A stretch of 64,000 bases of DNA. Origin: Takakia lepidozioides (taxonomy: Eukaryota > Plantae > Bryophyta). Position 1 is the stretch's first letter; every line of letters begins with the position of its first letter. The notes below the pieces were generated by a model. The model was not told the DNA's origin, searched no databases, and was given only the letters and a program-made list of their open reading frames with translations. The stretch lies in contig CM060734.1 of assembly GCA_030704615.1 (NCBI GenBank), positions 33,356,001 through 33,420,000 of the forward strand, written 5' to 3'. Shown here in pieces: positions 25,934 to 37,718 of the stretch. The position numbers and the translations under genes are program-made.

Positions 25934-27881
25934 TGTCATGATGGCCCGCTTGCGGGCAACAACAAGGTGCATCAGGTATTCCACGTCTCATTTTTGAAGT
26001 CTTACTTGAAAGATGAAGCGCGTCCGAATCGGCATCAAGGGTTGCGTCCGCCACCTGTGCTGTTGGATCATGAAAATGAACCTGAGTATGAGGTGGAGGC
26101 AGTGCTTAAGTTGAGGAGGTTCAAGAATCGAGAAATGGAGTATCTCGTGAAATGGAAGGGCTATCATCATGTGGAGGCATCTTGGGTGCGTGCCTCAGAA
26201 ATGGGAAACGCATCCGAGGCGGTTGCAGCTTTTAAATGGCGACCTCAAAAGCGGAAGAAGCGTTGATGGGGACATCAACCTTGGATCGTGGGGAAGGAAA
26301 TGCATGCTTAGCCCGGCTTAGCTAGCTTAGGAATCCGATTGCAAAAACTTGTGTTGTACAAATTTTGTTATAAATGAAATGGTTTCCAAATGTTGTGTCT
26401 CCTATTTTGTTTGGAATGGTGATGCATAGTATGGTTGGCTAGTGTGTATAATGCATGCTAGCTTACAAAAGTGGGAGAGGTAAATTAGATTAATCGTGTG
26501 TTTGTAGTGCCGAAATCGGGTGACTCCCATCCAAGGGGCAAGGAAACTTGCGCCTTCTTTGGGAGTTCACGTGCTAGTGCGCACCTGACGCGTGCGCGTA
26601 CTATAACTGCGCTACCGAGGGGGTTGCCTTGTAGTGCGGGCTAACGCGGAAGCTACGTGCTTCCGTTCACGTACTATAATCGTGTAGCCTCGGGACGAAG
26701 TCGTAGTGCGGCTTCGGCGTGTTCCCATACCTCAGGCCAGCATTCCAAGGCGGACCCAATTGTCGTGATTGGGGCACACGGTTGATTCAAGGTTATCTTC
26801 CTAGTCAAAAAAAGTTCAAGGTGAACTTTTGCTCAAGGTGATGCCAAAAGCTCAAGGTCGCAAGCAATGTTGTTGCAGTAAGGCGATTCGATCCTCGGGG
26901 AGGATCGTTCCTTGGCAGTGAAGTGGGCCGGGAAGAGTGCACTGGGTGGAGCTTGAGAGGCTCCACCCTTGGCCGAGACTTGGAGGAAGTCGGCCGAACT
27001 AGCTAGTGAAGAGTAGAGTCAAGTGTGGGGTTTGGTTCTTTGTCATGGGACGCCATGGTGCGAAAACAAACTCCTTGATGTGGGACGCCACAACTTGGAT
27101 ATTCGTTTCCACAAAATGGACAAGTCGATGATGACATCCACTCCATGTTGGTCGGGGTGTGTGTCGCGGCCCTTTGCCTTGAGGGCAGGGGGTCGGGACG
27201 CAGAGGGACTGCCCCTGTGGTGGGGGCGGTGGCAGCAATAGGTACGGGGGGCTGAAACACCCTTGAGTGCCCAAGGTACTCAAGGAGGCGGAGGCACTCA
27301 CTAGGTGGAGCCCCGCACACCGGGTTGCGGTTGGCTCCACAAGGGGTGATGGTAGCTTAGTGGGACTTAGTGGGGGTGGCATAGGACTCACCATAAGGCG
27401 GAGACCTTGTGGTGGAAGTCGTGGGGAGTCTTGGGACTCACCACGGTCCAATGGGGCCGTGTTGGGTGGGCCAAGACTCACCGCGACTCATCACCGGGAA
27501 TCGAGGGTCTTCGTGGTGGTTCGCCATAAAATGACATGGTTGTTTGTGAAACCCCCGCGGACAGTCACAGAAGTATATATAGGGAGTAATAACCCCGAGA
27601 ACGGGGCAAGCCCGTTGGTGACCAAAAACTAGTGAGTAAGCGAGCGAGCCGGAAAGCGACCAAGGAGTGGGGAGCTATTCCGGACTGCCATCTACCAAAG
27701 GGAATTTCCACTAGGCCCAAATTGGTGGAGGGTCTGTTGGGGGAAGAAAGGGGGACCGTTATGTCCCGGTGAGCAGCCGAAGCTCCGAGTTGGCCCGGCG
27801 GCCAGGTTGGGAGTTAGGCGCGCGTATCAAAGCGAGTAACTATGACTTGAAGGGGAGCTTACCGAAGTGAGGTGCGCGACA
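25934..27881 (+). mobile_element. Nested chromovirus (Ty3/gypsy) remnant: 5' LTR stub, integrase C-terminus plus chromodomain, PPT, 3' LTR
   Basis: KVHQVFHVSFLK (integrase C-term) and EYEVEAVL..YLVKWKGY..EASW (chromodomain, stop at 26266). PPT GGGGAAGGAAA ends at 26300. LTR 26301-27881 runs TG...CGCGACA; its start resembles TGTCATGATGGCCCG at 25934. Confidence 0.85.
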
Positions 27882-27882
27882 T

Positions 27883-28870
27883 GGAGCCACTGTGTTTTCT
27901 TCCTTAGACTTGGCCTCTGGATTTTGGCAAGTGCTTCTGACTGAGGAAGGAAAAGAGAAAACCTTCTTTGTCTGTAGGATGAGCAAGTACCAGTATGAGA
28001 CCATGCCTTTTGGTTTGTGCAATGCAACTTCTACCTTCCAACGCCTAATGGATATTGTCTTTGGAAATTTGAGGTGGGAGTGTGTTTTGATATACATTGA
28101 TGACATCAATTATATTCAGCCACCTTTGAAGCCCATCTTTTTGACTTGCAACGTGTCTTCAGCAGACTTAGAGCTGCAGGATTAAAGGTTAAGCCAAAGA
28201 AATGTGAATTGTGCATGCCTTAGCTCACTTCTTGGGTCATGTTCTATCAAAAGCAGGTCTTAAGCCTTCGCTCTGTCTGGGAGTTTCCCATTCCCAAGGA
28301 CAAACACTGTGTTAAATCCTTTCTTGGTTTGGCTTCTTACTACCGGAGGTTTATCAAACATTTTGTCATGATTGCTTTTGCTTTGACCAAGCTTCTGGCT
28401 AAGGATGTTCGCTTTGAATGGGACTTTCCAACAAGTTGCCTTTGACAGGTTGAAGGTTGCTCTCACCACTACTCCAGTCCTTATGTTTCCTAATTTTCAC
28501 ATGTCTTCCAAGATGCAAACAGATGCTTCTGATGTTGCAATCTCTGCCATTTTGTGTCAAGTAGTTGATGGGAAGGAGCATGTCATTGCTTATGCTTCTA
28601 GGAACCTGGACAAGCATGAAAAGAACTACTCTATCACTGATAAGGAGGGGCTAGCTTTGATCTTTGGTGTTAAACACTACAGGCAGTAATTGCATGACAA
28701 CAAGTTTGTGGTTGAGACTGATCATCTTCCCCTTCAGGCATTGCTTCGGCCTTGTGTGTTGTATGGTAGACTGGCACGATGGGCTATGTTCCTACAAGAG
28801 TTTGACCTTGACATTGACAAGAAGGGGAAAGAGAATTCCAATGCAGATACTCTTACACGGGTTGAGCCTC
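27883..28870 (+). pseudogene. Reverse transcriptase (N-terminally deleted) and RNase H of the host gypsy element
   Basis: GATVFSSLDLASGFWQV, MPFGLCNA, YIDD, FLGLASYYRRFI, TDASD...IAYASR...E.LA, ETDH...RLARW...NADTL; several stops and frameshifts. Confidence 0.93.
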
Positions 28871-29469
28871 ATGTAGGCAAGCCTATGGTGACCTTGGAGG
28901 ACTTGGCTGCTCTTGATATATCCTCTCCTAAGGGGACATGCCATGTTCTTAACCTTTATGTGTTGATCAACAGCCTCTTCTTCTTGATCCATCTAGCTTG
29001 GAGATTGCGTGGGGCTGGTCTAGCCTTCTTGATGATCCAGGCTGAGTCCCTATATTGTTGGTTTGGACATTGGATCTCATGTCTCAAGCCTTTTTGAGGA
29101 GCTGATCTATCCTTCCTTATTCCTTGTCTTTCATTTTCAGCCTTGGTTCGGGTTTGGTGCATCTACTGCTGTACTCCGGTGTAGGTTTTGGCAGTGCTTT
29201 AAGGCCTGATTTGCCTCCCCATGAGCCGTTTCAAATGAGGCAAGGATCTAGTGGCTGGAGATAACATGAGGCAGGCACTCCATGTCACCCTTACTAAAGC
29301 TCATTGAACCTCGCTTATATGCAATGCAATCATGGATGATATGCTGCATGCAGCGCTACTCCATCGATGTCTTCATGGACGTTCACCTACAGGGCTCCCT
29401 AAGTCCTTGCTACTTGGAGGTACCACCACAAAGCTAGTTAGAGCGTTCATCTCTCACCTTCACCAGCCT

Positions 29470-29796
29470 TATGGAAAACAACTGACAGTCACATTCTTAG
29501 GCTGCTTGTTGGCAATGCTAAAATCAAACAAATTCTACGCATCGGGTATGTTTTTGCGGAATGGGATGAACTTGCGCAGGTGCGAGGCTCTATGGCGCAC
29601 GATGTTGATGCCAATCAAAACCGAGATTGACGGTGTGAAGGAGATTTTCTTCCATGACGATTACAAACGAGGTCCACGCTATTTTGACGACCAGCCCTCT
29701 ACGGGAGAGCCGCTGGATTTGAACGTGGCGTACAGTGACTGGTTTAAAGAGTCGGTTGACAATCAGGATGTGTACATTCCAATGCACTATTTATAA
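29470..29796 (+). pseudogene. Replitron HUH transposase, C-terminal half
   Basis: KQLTVTFLGCLLAMLKSNKFY...GMNLRRCEALWRTML.P...KEIFF...PRYF resembles the region that follows the HUH core in plant Replitron proteins (recalled, not aligned). Confidence 0.55.
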
Positions 29797-29865
29797 ATCC
29801 AAATGTCTATATTGATTGATGGTTGTCTCTGAATTTTGTACACAAAATTAGCCTGCTATCGGAAT

Positions 29866-30404
29866 CAAAAACATTAGAGGGTGTTAGACATATCCGATTT
29901 TTCAGCTCCGCGCTACCGTATAATGTGTACATTTCTTTGCCCTCTTCCATGTCATGAGCTGTAACGTTGTGACTGAAAAACTTGAAATGTGGCTGACCAA
30001 GATCCTTTAGACAGTGGCCTAAGATACCTTTCCACGTATGCAACCTGTCGTAGTTTTTTGCACATGACAGTGTGTCCTGCCGGTGGGCAAAGATCCTATC
30101 CTAGATAAGCTTTTATAAGTTTGCTCACTTGGATGATGCTCGTCGTTACAATCCTAATGACCATCTGAAAATGCAAGTGGGACATGGTACCGCCTCGTTC
30201 CACTGCAAAAAACCCGGCAAAGCATTTCTCTTTGACAAACTTTTTTAACAATTCAAAGAGGTCAAGCTGCAGGTCGGATCCTCCGACGCCTACAATATAG
30301 TTTTTGATGCACCTTTCTTTGGCGCTAGAAGTTTTTTCGGGCGGCTCCTTCCTCTTTTTTTGCAGGGTTCTGCTTCTGCTTCCATCCTCGCCTACACCGC
30401 CCAT
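29866..30404 (-). pseudogene. Replitron HUH endonuclease transposase, N-terminal/catalytic half
   Basis: AVERGGTMSHLHFQMV (HUH motif), LHTWKGILGHCLKD (Y1 motif G-Y-C-x-K with Tyr>His), YGSAELKNRICLTPSNVFD; premature TAG at 30096-30098 and a frameshift near 30045. Confidence 0.8.
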
Positions 30405-30784
30405 TCGCGTACTGTCAGCTACACTCCCTGCCTGGTCTAGTACAGTCCTCCTCGTACAGCATGCCCTCTCCAGCCCGCGCTAGAATGGTAAGCGGCTAGG
30501 CGGATGTGCTCTAGGGGACCCCTAGAACGTTATGGACTTTAGAAGTTTCCAGACTATTTGCCCACATTGCGGCATGTGGCACCCAAGTGGGGCCCATGCC
30601 ATTTACCACTTGGCCTAGAATGCAGGGGCACTTCTATTCGGACAACGGCTTAAGCGTCCGCTGGCCTTCCACCGATTTGATTTTTCGGGTGTTTGGGGCA
30701 GATATTTTCTCAATTCAGCTAGGAATGGTGTTTCTTTTGGAAAGTTAAGTAATAACGTAAATCAAACACACAACCAGGATCTCA

Positions 30785-30930
30785 GGGCCAGAGCAACTTT
30801 GGTGATCCGGTGCATTGGCCCGTGGGTCTGGGGTTCAAACCCCTTCGCTGACATTGGACTGGCTCTGTCCCGTGCCTCCCGTTAATCCCCCTCAAGCTCC
30901 GGTCGCTGCGTAAGAAAAAAAAACAAACAA
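30785..30930 (+). mobile_element. tRNA-derived SINE copy
   Basis: ATTGGCCCGTGGGTCTGGGGTTCAAACCC (B box) near-identical to 5685-5713, CCCCTCAAG motif, A-tail. Confidence 0.7.
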
Positions 30931-31467
30931 ACTCTATGTTTACATCCATCCAGACTACAGTCACCGGTCGGTAGCTTGACCCACATGTACCTGCACCGTA
31001 CCGCACGGAGATAGGAGGCTGAATTTCACCCCGATCCAGATCAGCGCTTGAAGACCGTCCGATATATTAGAAGGACAGCGGCAGGTCGTTGGATGTGGGA
31101 GAGGCAGCGGCGCCTCGGTCAATGCGCCTGGACATTAGGCCAGTTTTATTTGTTCGTGCACAAAACGTGCTTGCGAGTGTCTCTGGGATTGTTGGACTCG
31201 CGTGGTTGGTTTGCTGGAGTCAATGAATTACCGAGAATCCTTCGGACTAGAGAGCTTCATTGGAGACATGATGACCAGGTTTTACTTTTAGTCATGTAGG
31301 AGACCAGTCCGATCTCGTCACAGCGGTCGATTGCTGTCATTGGCCTCTTATTCACCGCTTGTGTTTGCAGAACATTGTTTTTCTTTCCTTGCTGATCCTA
31401 AGATCTCTTTTCCGTGGATTCGTCGAGTGTTGGCTTGTAGATTATGTAGCGGGAAGCAACTCAAGCG

Positions 31468-31883
31468 ATGTCGTACGTTACAGGCATACAAGGGCAGCTG
31501 ATTGAGATTAACGGTATTGCATCTTATTATCTGGCGGTGCATTGTAAACGATGTGATGTTGTATACGGCAACAGTGCTCAGATTCACTACTTGATGAACT
31601 CGTCGTGTCAGACTTCCGGTCGATCGGAGAGCTTCGTGCCTTGCCTCAGCTCTCTGTCATTCTGACTATGAGTAAGGACGTGAATGTCTCTGAATGCTTG
31701 AACCATGAACGAGATCTCACCCTTCACGAGGAAGTATGCTGGAACGAAATTTTCGTGTTCAGCAGTTATTGCAACTTATGGTGGAAGATCTTTGTCACTA
31801 AGTTGCTCTTTCTCGCTTTATATGCAATGCGATACTACAATGAAGTGTGCGATGAAGAAGTGTGCATTGACGGTCTCGCACTG

Positions 31884-31915
<32 letters not shown>

Positions 31916-32776
31916 AGATTGGTCGATGTCAGATGCATTTTTATTTGGAAGGACTCTGTTTGCAATGCGTCATACTTACTTAGTCATCTATCCGACGAGA
32001 TGCGCTATATTCTTAGTGAAGGGGTTGCTCGAGGGCCTAGAATGAAGCATAGTTTTGCTCAATAATACTCAGCTTGTTTGGTCTTCCAGTCTCTGAAATC
32101 TGTGGGGGTTCGGAAGCCTGTCGCCTACAACTAGAAATTGTGCGAATTTCACGTGTCTGGTCGATTTTAATGACTCGGGCAGTGTTAGGACGAGTCTCAG
32201 TGAATTGGTCAATATGTGATTTCGTTGAGTGATGTCCAGTTGTTGGTTGCAAGAACTTAAGCGACAAGGAGTGGTTCACAAGGCAGGACCCTTACGTGTG
32301 TATTGAGTATGCATCAAATAGATTCCGCACAAAGACTGATACAGGTGTGATTGTCACTCTCTACCACTGGCCCTGGTAGGAACTTTTAATCTGGGTAACC
32401 TCCAGCAAATCTTTTTCCTGCCAGGAATATATGAGGTACAGATTGTCTTTCCCTTTCATAGTTGCTCACCGAATGATGGGGTTGGATTTTAGTTGAAAGA
32501 ATCCTCGGTAGTCAGTGTGATATGTTGTCAGGCTAATGAGTAGTGTGCTCAACAGGTTTGGGCGGTTGTGGAGGACTGCTGATGAGCTTTTCTTCTATAA
32601 AGGTGGCAGCTCTGGATTGCAAAACGGTTGAAAGTCTGATCCTGTGGCAGATGGAGGCAGGAATCCATCATTCAATGAAAAGTTTATGGTGCCCCTTATT
32701 GAAGGTCTGCGGGAAATGAATGTCCAAGTGTGGAACAGTAACACACTCACATATGACGATCACATTGGCACTGGAA

Positions 32777-32822
<46 letters not shown>

Positions 32823-34896
32823 GCGCTCAAACTGGGCGCGGGGTCAATGGCCACAAAGCTACGGCAAGTACAATCTCTCTGTGTGGCCTTCTCCTCTCCC
32901 GTTGATCCTGAAAACATTCCTGAGGAAATTAGTTTACTTACAAAGGTGGGTCTAAGCCTTCAGCTGGCATGAAGCAATGATATTGCCCTCAAGTTTCCCT
33001 CCTCATGTCCCCTTTGCATTTCTGCCCGGGACAAATTTATACACTGTCAACCTCAGTCCGACCCTTACCTTTTTGCTCTGGAATTGCAACACCAACTTTC
33101 TGAATCAGGAGCAAATGTGGGAGTTTCTTTGAAGACTCTGGCAGTTTTTTTCATCTGTATGGCACAGTTCACATTCTTTGCAATTCTGTTCGTCTTCCAG
33201 AGTCTTGCTGGAGAAAGCCCTGTCAACAGGGTATGATGACTCTGCATGGCCTCTCAAATCCAGAAGTGGAAAGTAAGTATCTCTGCTGTCAGTTTTCAGT
33301 TGGAAATACGGTTTCACTACTTTTAACTAGTGACATAACAATGCAAGCTTGAATTTGACTGTCTGGGCTCTATATTAAGTATCACCCTCAGGTATGATCC
33401 TTCAGTGTGTCATGAATTTGACTTTTTGAATCAGTGTCACACTCAGAGGTATTACCCTTTTGAGTGTCGTTGCATTGATTTTTTTCAGTAGTCAGAATAG
33501 GCTGTGAAACAATGAGCTGAAGCTCCTGCTCTTTAGGTGTTTATAAGAGTGTGAAGGACACATTTGTTGGCCCTAGCCATTCTGAGGTTCTGGGTATTTG
33601 GCAGGAGCTCTGGAGAGTTAAGGTTAATCATACATTACGCAAATGCGGTAAGCCTTTGAACCCTCTTATACTGGAGAGTATAGTGAAAAGATGTCGTGTG
33701 AGTCCGTTGCACTCAATTCAGAATTTGAAGGCTTAGTCTCTATCAATTAGAATAACTTGTTAAGTGATACTTTCTGATTGGAGGTTGCACATTCTCTCGC
33801 TCTCTGTTTCTCTGATTATGCTACTATCGCTCCTACTTTCTCTATCCTTTTCTAATACCTTAGTTCTTTCAAAATGTACCAGAAAGAAAACAACCCTTCA
33901 TATGGGGCAGGACAAGCAGCCCCTTATAATGGTTCATATCCTGCCCAACAATACACTGCACTACCAGTGTCAGGCTACACAGTATTGGCTCCCCAGTACC
34001 AAGGCACATATCCACCTACCACCCCTGCAGGATACCTTCCCCCTCAAGTCCCTCCTCCATATGCTGTTCATGGATACCCTCCCCCTCAAGTCCCTCCTCC
34101 ATATCCTGTCCATCCCCCTGCAGGATACCCCTCCCCTCAAGTCCCTCCTCCATATTCTGTTCATCCTCCTGCAGGATATCTGCCCTCTGGATCCTCCAGT
34201 CACTCAGTTTATCCTCCCCCACAGCCTGTACCTGGTGGTTACCCCCCTGCAGCAGCCCCTGCTGCTGCTGTACCGTACGCATACCCGCCTCCAGCATATC
34301 CACCAGTACCAGTAGGCTATGCTTCCCACGCTCCTCACCCAACACACTATCCTGCAGCTCCAATGTACGCAGGTACTCACTTTTTCTAACTTTTGTTCTC
34401 TTTTATTGCATTGTGATGGTCTCCTTTTTCTTCATGGATGAGCATGGTGGTTTCTCCTTGCTTATTCAAGTTGACGAGGGGAGTGTCATCTAGCAGGCAT
34501 GGATGTCTGTCCCAAAAGAGGGGTGTGGCTAGCAGCAATGTACTCATGGCAGATACTTAATATTTTGTTTCAGATTGAACATCTGATGGTGCGTGACAAA
34601 AGTCCCTGAGAGGTAAATGGACTGGGACTCTACAGGAGACTAAAGAAATTCGGGGATTTGAATTTTACATATTTGCTCAAATTAACTCTTGACATTGGTT
34701 GTGGGAATGTGTTGTTATTTATTGCACATTCACAGGACCTGTGGCATTGGGGGCTGCGGCGATGGGGGCCTATGAACTCTATAAACATGGCAAGCATGGC
34801 AAATACGGCAAGCACAAACATGGCAAGTTCAAAGGAAAGCATTTGTGGGGCAAACACAAGTTCAAAGGCTTCAAGCTTAAGCATAAGTGGAAATAG
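31468..34896 (+). CDS. C2-domain protein with XYPP-repeat, Ala-rich hydrophobic and HGK-rich (GPRP-type) C-terminus
   Basis: Exons 31468-31513, 32240-32344, 32651-32777, 33201-33272, 33605-33647, 33883-34372, 34736-34896, all GT-AG with consistent phases. C2 core IQGQLIEINVVGCKNLSDKEWFTRQDPYVCIEY...DGGRNPSFNEKF...LIEGLREMNVQVWNSNTLTYDDHIG. Confidence 0.9.
32783..32870 (+). repeat. (CT)n microsatellite followed by a ~48-bp dispersed motif
   Basis: CGCTCAAACTGGGCGCGGGGTCAATGGCCACAAAGCTACGGCAA is a close match to the reverse complement of 17490-17534. Confidence 0.8.
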
Positions 34897-35925
34897 GTGA
34901 CTCTCTCTTTCTCAGGACCCAAAGTCTTTAGCAGCATACCTTCATTGGTCTTTGAGTGATGTTTAGGGTTTATTGATGGGCTCTATTGGTTTTCTCTTGT
35001 AATGACAATCACTGGGCTGCTCTGCCCATACCAGGTGCAGAGGCACTGCCAAGGAAAATCCAGTGAGCACAACATCCTTTTCTCATTCTTCTGGTGTTCA
35101 AGACAGACCTTTGACACAGCTGGTTGCCATCAAGCTGTAGCAGCAGTGCATGGCATTTGATTAGGATGTCTTCAGTCGGTCTCTCCTACAGTCACCCTGG
35201 TTGTGTGAAATAATGTAAGACTTGTAGATCTGATGGAACGTGTGTGATGTGGCAGGTCTAAATGCATTGTAGCCAGCATTAAATGCTCTGTCAATCACTT
35301 AAGCACAATCAACAACCTCCCACTAGATGATGCTCAAAACTGTGAAGTCCCGTTGCTGCCAATCTTCACAAGGTGTACCAGCTTGGTTGCATTGTCTGAT
35401 TAATTCATTGATTTGTCGCTTGCAAATGCAGGTCTACAAGCAAGTTCTTTTCAACATTGGTAGTTTACTTGGGGATTGTGTTACAGCATTGTTTTGTGCT
35501 GGTTACCCAAATTAGGGGAAAATTTAGAACTGGTACAGAATCGAATTAGTTCCGTCCTGAAAGTGAAATTGTCCATGTTGTGTCACCTGAATGTCTTATG
35601 CCAGAAAGCGCATGTCTATATTAGTGTACTAAGGTTTCAGATGCTCTGTCTGTCATATGGAGATTCAAAGTGTTTTGAGCACTGATAGTGCTGCAGATGA
35701 TCAATAACACCTGAGGGACATTGTGGAAAGTGTTTGGTGTATCACTCCTTGGTAGCCTGATCATTTTACGTAGTCGTTCAAGTTCCTATTCCAAATACGT
35801 GTAGTTTGCGACAAAAGAGTAGCGCTTTTCTTTTTGAAATTTCTGAGAATGTGTCTGGAGCATACCCTAAGTTTTAGGTCTATGGGACTGTTGAGATGCA
35901 GAGGAGGTACGCTATCAGCGGGTAG

Positions 35926-36408
35926 TTGGATACCATGGTTTGTGAAGGTGTGGGATACAAGGTGGACGCTGAAACTGTGGCAAAAGCACAGGGCCTACCG
36001 GCTTCAGGAAAGATCCCTGCAGAGACAGTTACAGAAGCGAAGGAAGAATTAAAGTGGTTCTTTCCTGGTCACAGCCCCAATGGGCTCATCCTTAGAACGT
36101 GCACTGATAGAGGACTGCACAAGCACGTAAAGAGGATGCATATTAGAACATTTGGACCTTTGGCAAGAAGCATGGTATCTTGGAAGCTGGCATCTGCAGC
36201 CTATGTTGACCTGAGGAAGGGTGAGTTTGTTCTGCAAACAGCTAAGGACAGATGGCAAGCTCTCCAGAGGCAGCTACTCATGGGGGTGCGCCTTGGTACC
36301 TTTGTAAATGAGAAGGGAGCAGCTGCTCTGGAGCAATCTCCTGCCTTAGGGCTTGAGGTGTTTAAGGAATACCAAAGGCTTGACTGCACTTATGCAACTG
36401 GGAGCTGA
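35926..36408 (+). pseudogene. Unknown ORF remnant, probably TE-derived
   Basis: 160-aa intronless, protein-like frame decaying downstream into stops; no motif recognised. Confidence 0.3.
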
Positions 36409-37718
36409 GATCCACACCTTCAAACAGGTCAAAGAAAGCGAGGTGGAATTGAAGTCAAGGGAGACTTGTAAGGTCCAAGAGTTGCCCAGGAGAAGAGGAG
36501 GACAATTGAATACTTGTCTGATGAGCTTGCTAAAAATCTGACTGAAAACAGGAAGCTCCAGCAAAATGAAATGGAGCAACACTTTCCTCAAAAATGTGGT
36601 TAAGAAGAAGAAGAAAAGATAGAAGTCCGCTGCTCTGAGAGAGACACAGGATCAAGAGATTGACGAAGCTCAACAGGCAATTATGGGCTCACCAAACTAG
36701 AAAGAAAAGGTGACTACTAGTTTTGAACAGATTTGAAAGAGTCTTTGGATTGTGTTCACTCATGACTCATCCCACTCCTTTTGTGCAAGTAATGACACAG
36801 GACGTTCAAGAGTGGTGGGAGAGCAAGATGAGCATTTTAGATGAGTACAATGTGGAGAAATCCGCATTTTAGTGCTAGTGTTTCTCATGATTGGCTACTT
36901 GAAAATAATTGCTTGAAGAAGACAATACTCCAGACAGTGTCACTACTACCCATCTATAGACTGTCCGCAGACTACTGATCTTCTTCCTATCTGTGAAGCA
37001 TCACACTGATACAGTACAATTTTTTCACTTTGGCAATCGCTCCATGTGTCTCAAAATTACCCTTCTCTAGTACAGACCTATGAGCACCTGATGGGCTCCA
37101 GATCTGTAGCTTGTCTCCTTTGATTAAGGCCTACTGTGGCCATTCTACTCATTTAGGAATTTGTGGTGTCCATCAAAATCTGATTTGTCATGTGCTACAG
37201 GGCCATCTGTTCAGAAGAGTATGGACCAGAGTCCCTCGGGAATAGAGACTGCCAGAAGTTTACAATTGCCCCATTGTCTTCTGGCAAAAGATTTGCTGGG
37301 ATTGTGAAAGAAACAGTATCTGGTTGAACTTCCAGGTAATGAAACAGCTGACATACCACCAAAATACAACCAAGATTGACCTGGAGTACAATTTGGAGGA
37401 AATTGCTACGTTTTTAAAAAACTCAAGCATCAAAGTTTAACATCTAACAAGGGGGTCTGGCACAATTGACCCGAGTGGCCTCTTACCCCTTACATACTGT
37501 ACTTACTGCCTCCCCATTGCAGCCTCATAAGTGAAGATCCTTAGTCACCCCCGCAAAAGAAACAGCTGTTTGATGATACACTCTACACCTCCTGATTACC
37601 CCTACTCAGAGCGACAAGGAAAAAACTTTGGCTGGCCTCCATAACTGCATTTGAGTTTGGCATATCCCACTTCCATCACTATAGGAATGTCAGCTCCTGT
37701 GCCTTGTATTGTGCGAGA

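Larger units (their letters stand above)
21402..28900 (+). mobile_element. Degenerate Ty3/gypsy LTR retrotransposon (extra ORF-gag-PR-dUTPase-like-RT-RNaseH; no integrase or 3' LTR seen)
   Basis: Domain order PR-RT-RH. Putative 5' LTR 21402-21778 (TGTTTGAG...CTCAAAATA, TATA-like TATAAGA at 21534) directly followed by PBS-like TGGTGTAGTC. Interrupted by a chromovirus insertion at 25934-27881. Confidence 0.85.

Noticed and set aside
26999-27632. Several 70-160 aa ORFs
   Set aside because: Inside the GC-rich chromovirus LTR; no domain motifs
34023-34180. Regularly spaced repeats resembling a CRISPR array
   Set aside because: In-frame coding repeats of the Pro-rich exon with no unique spacers, in a eukaryotic context
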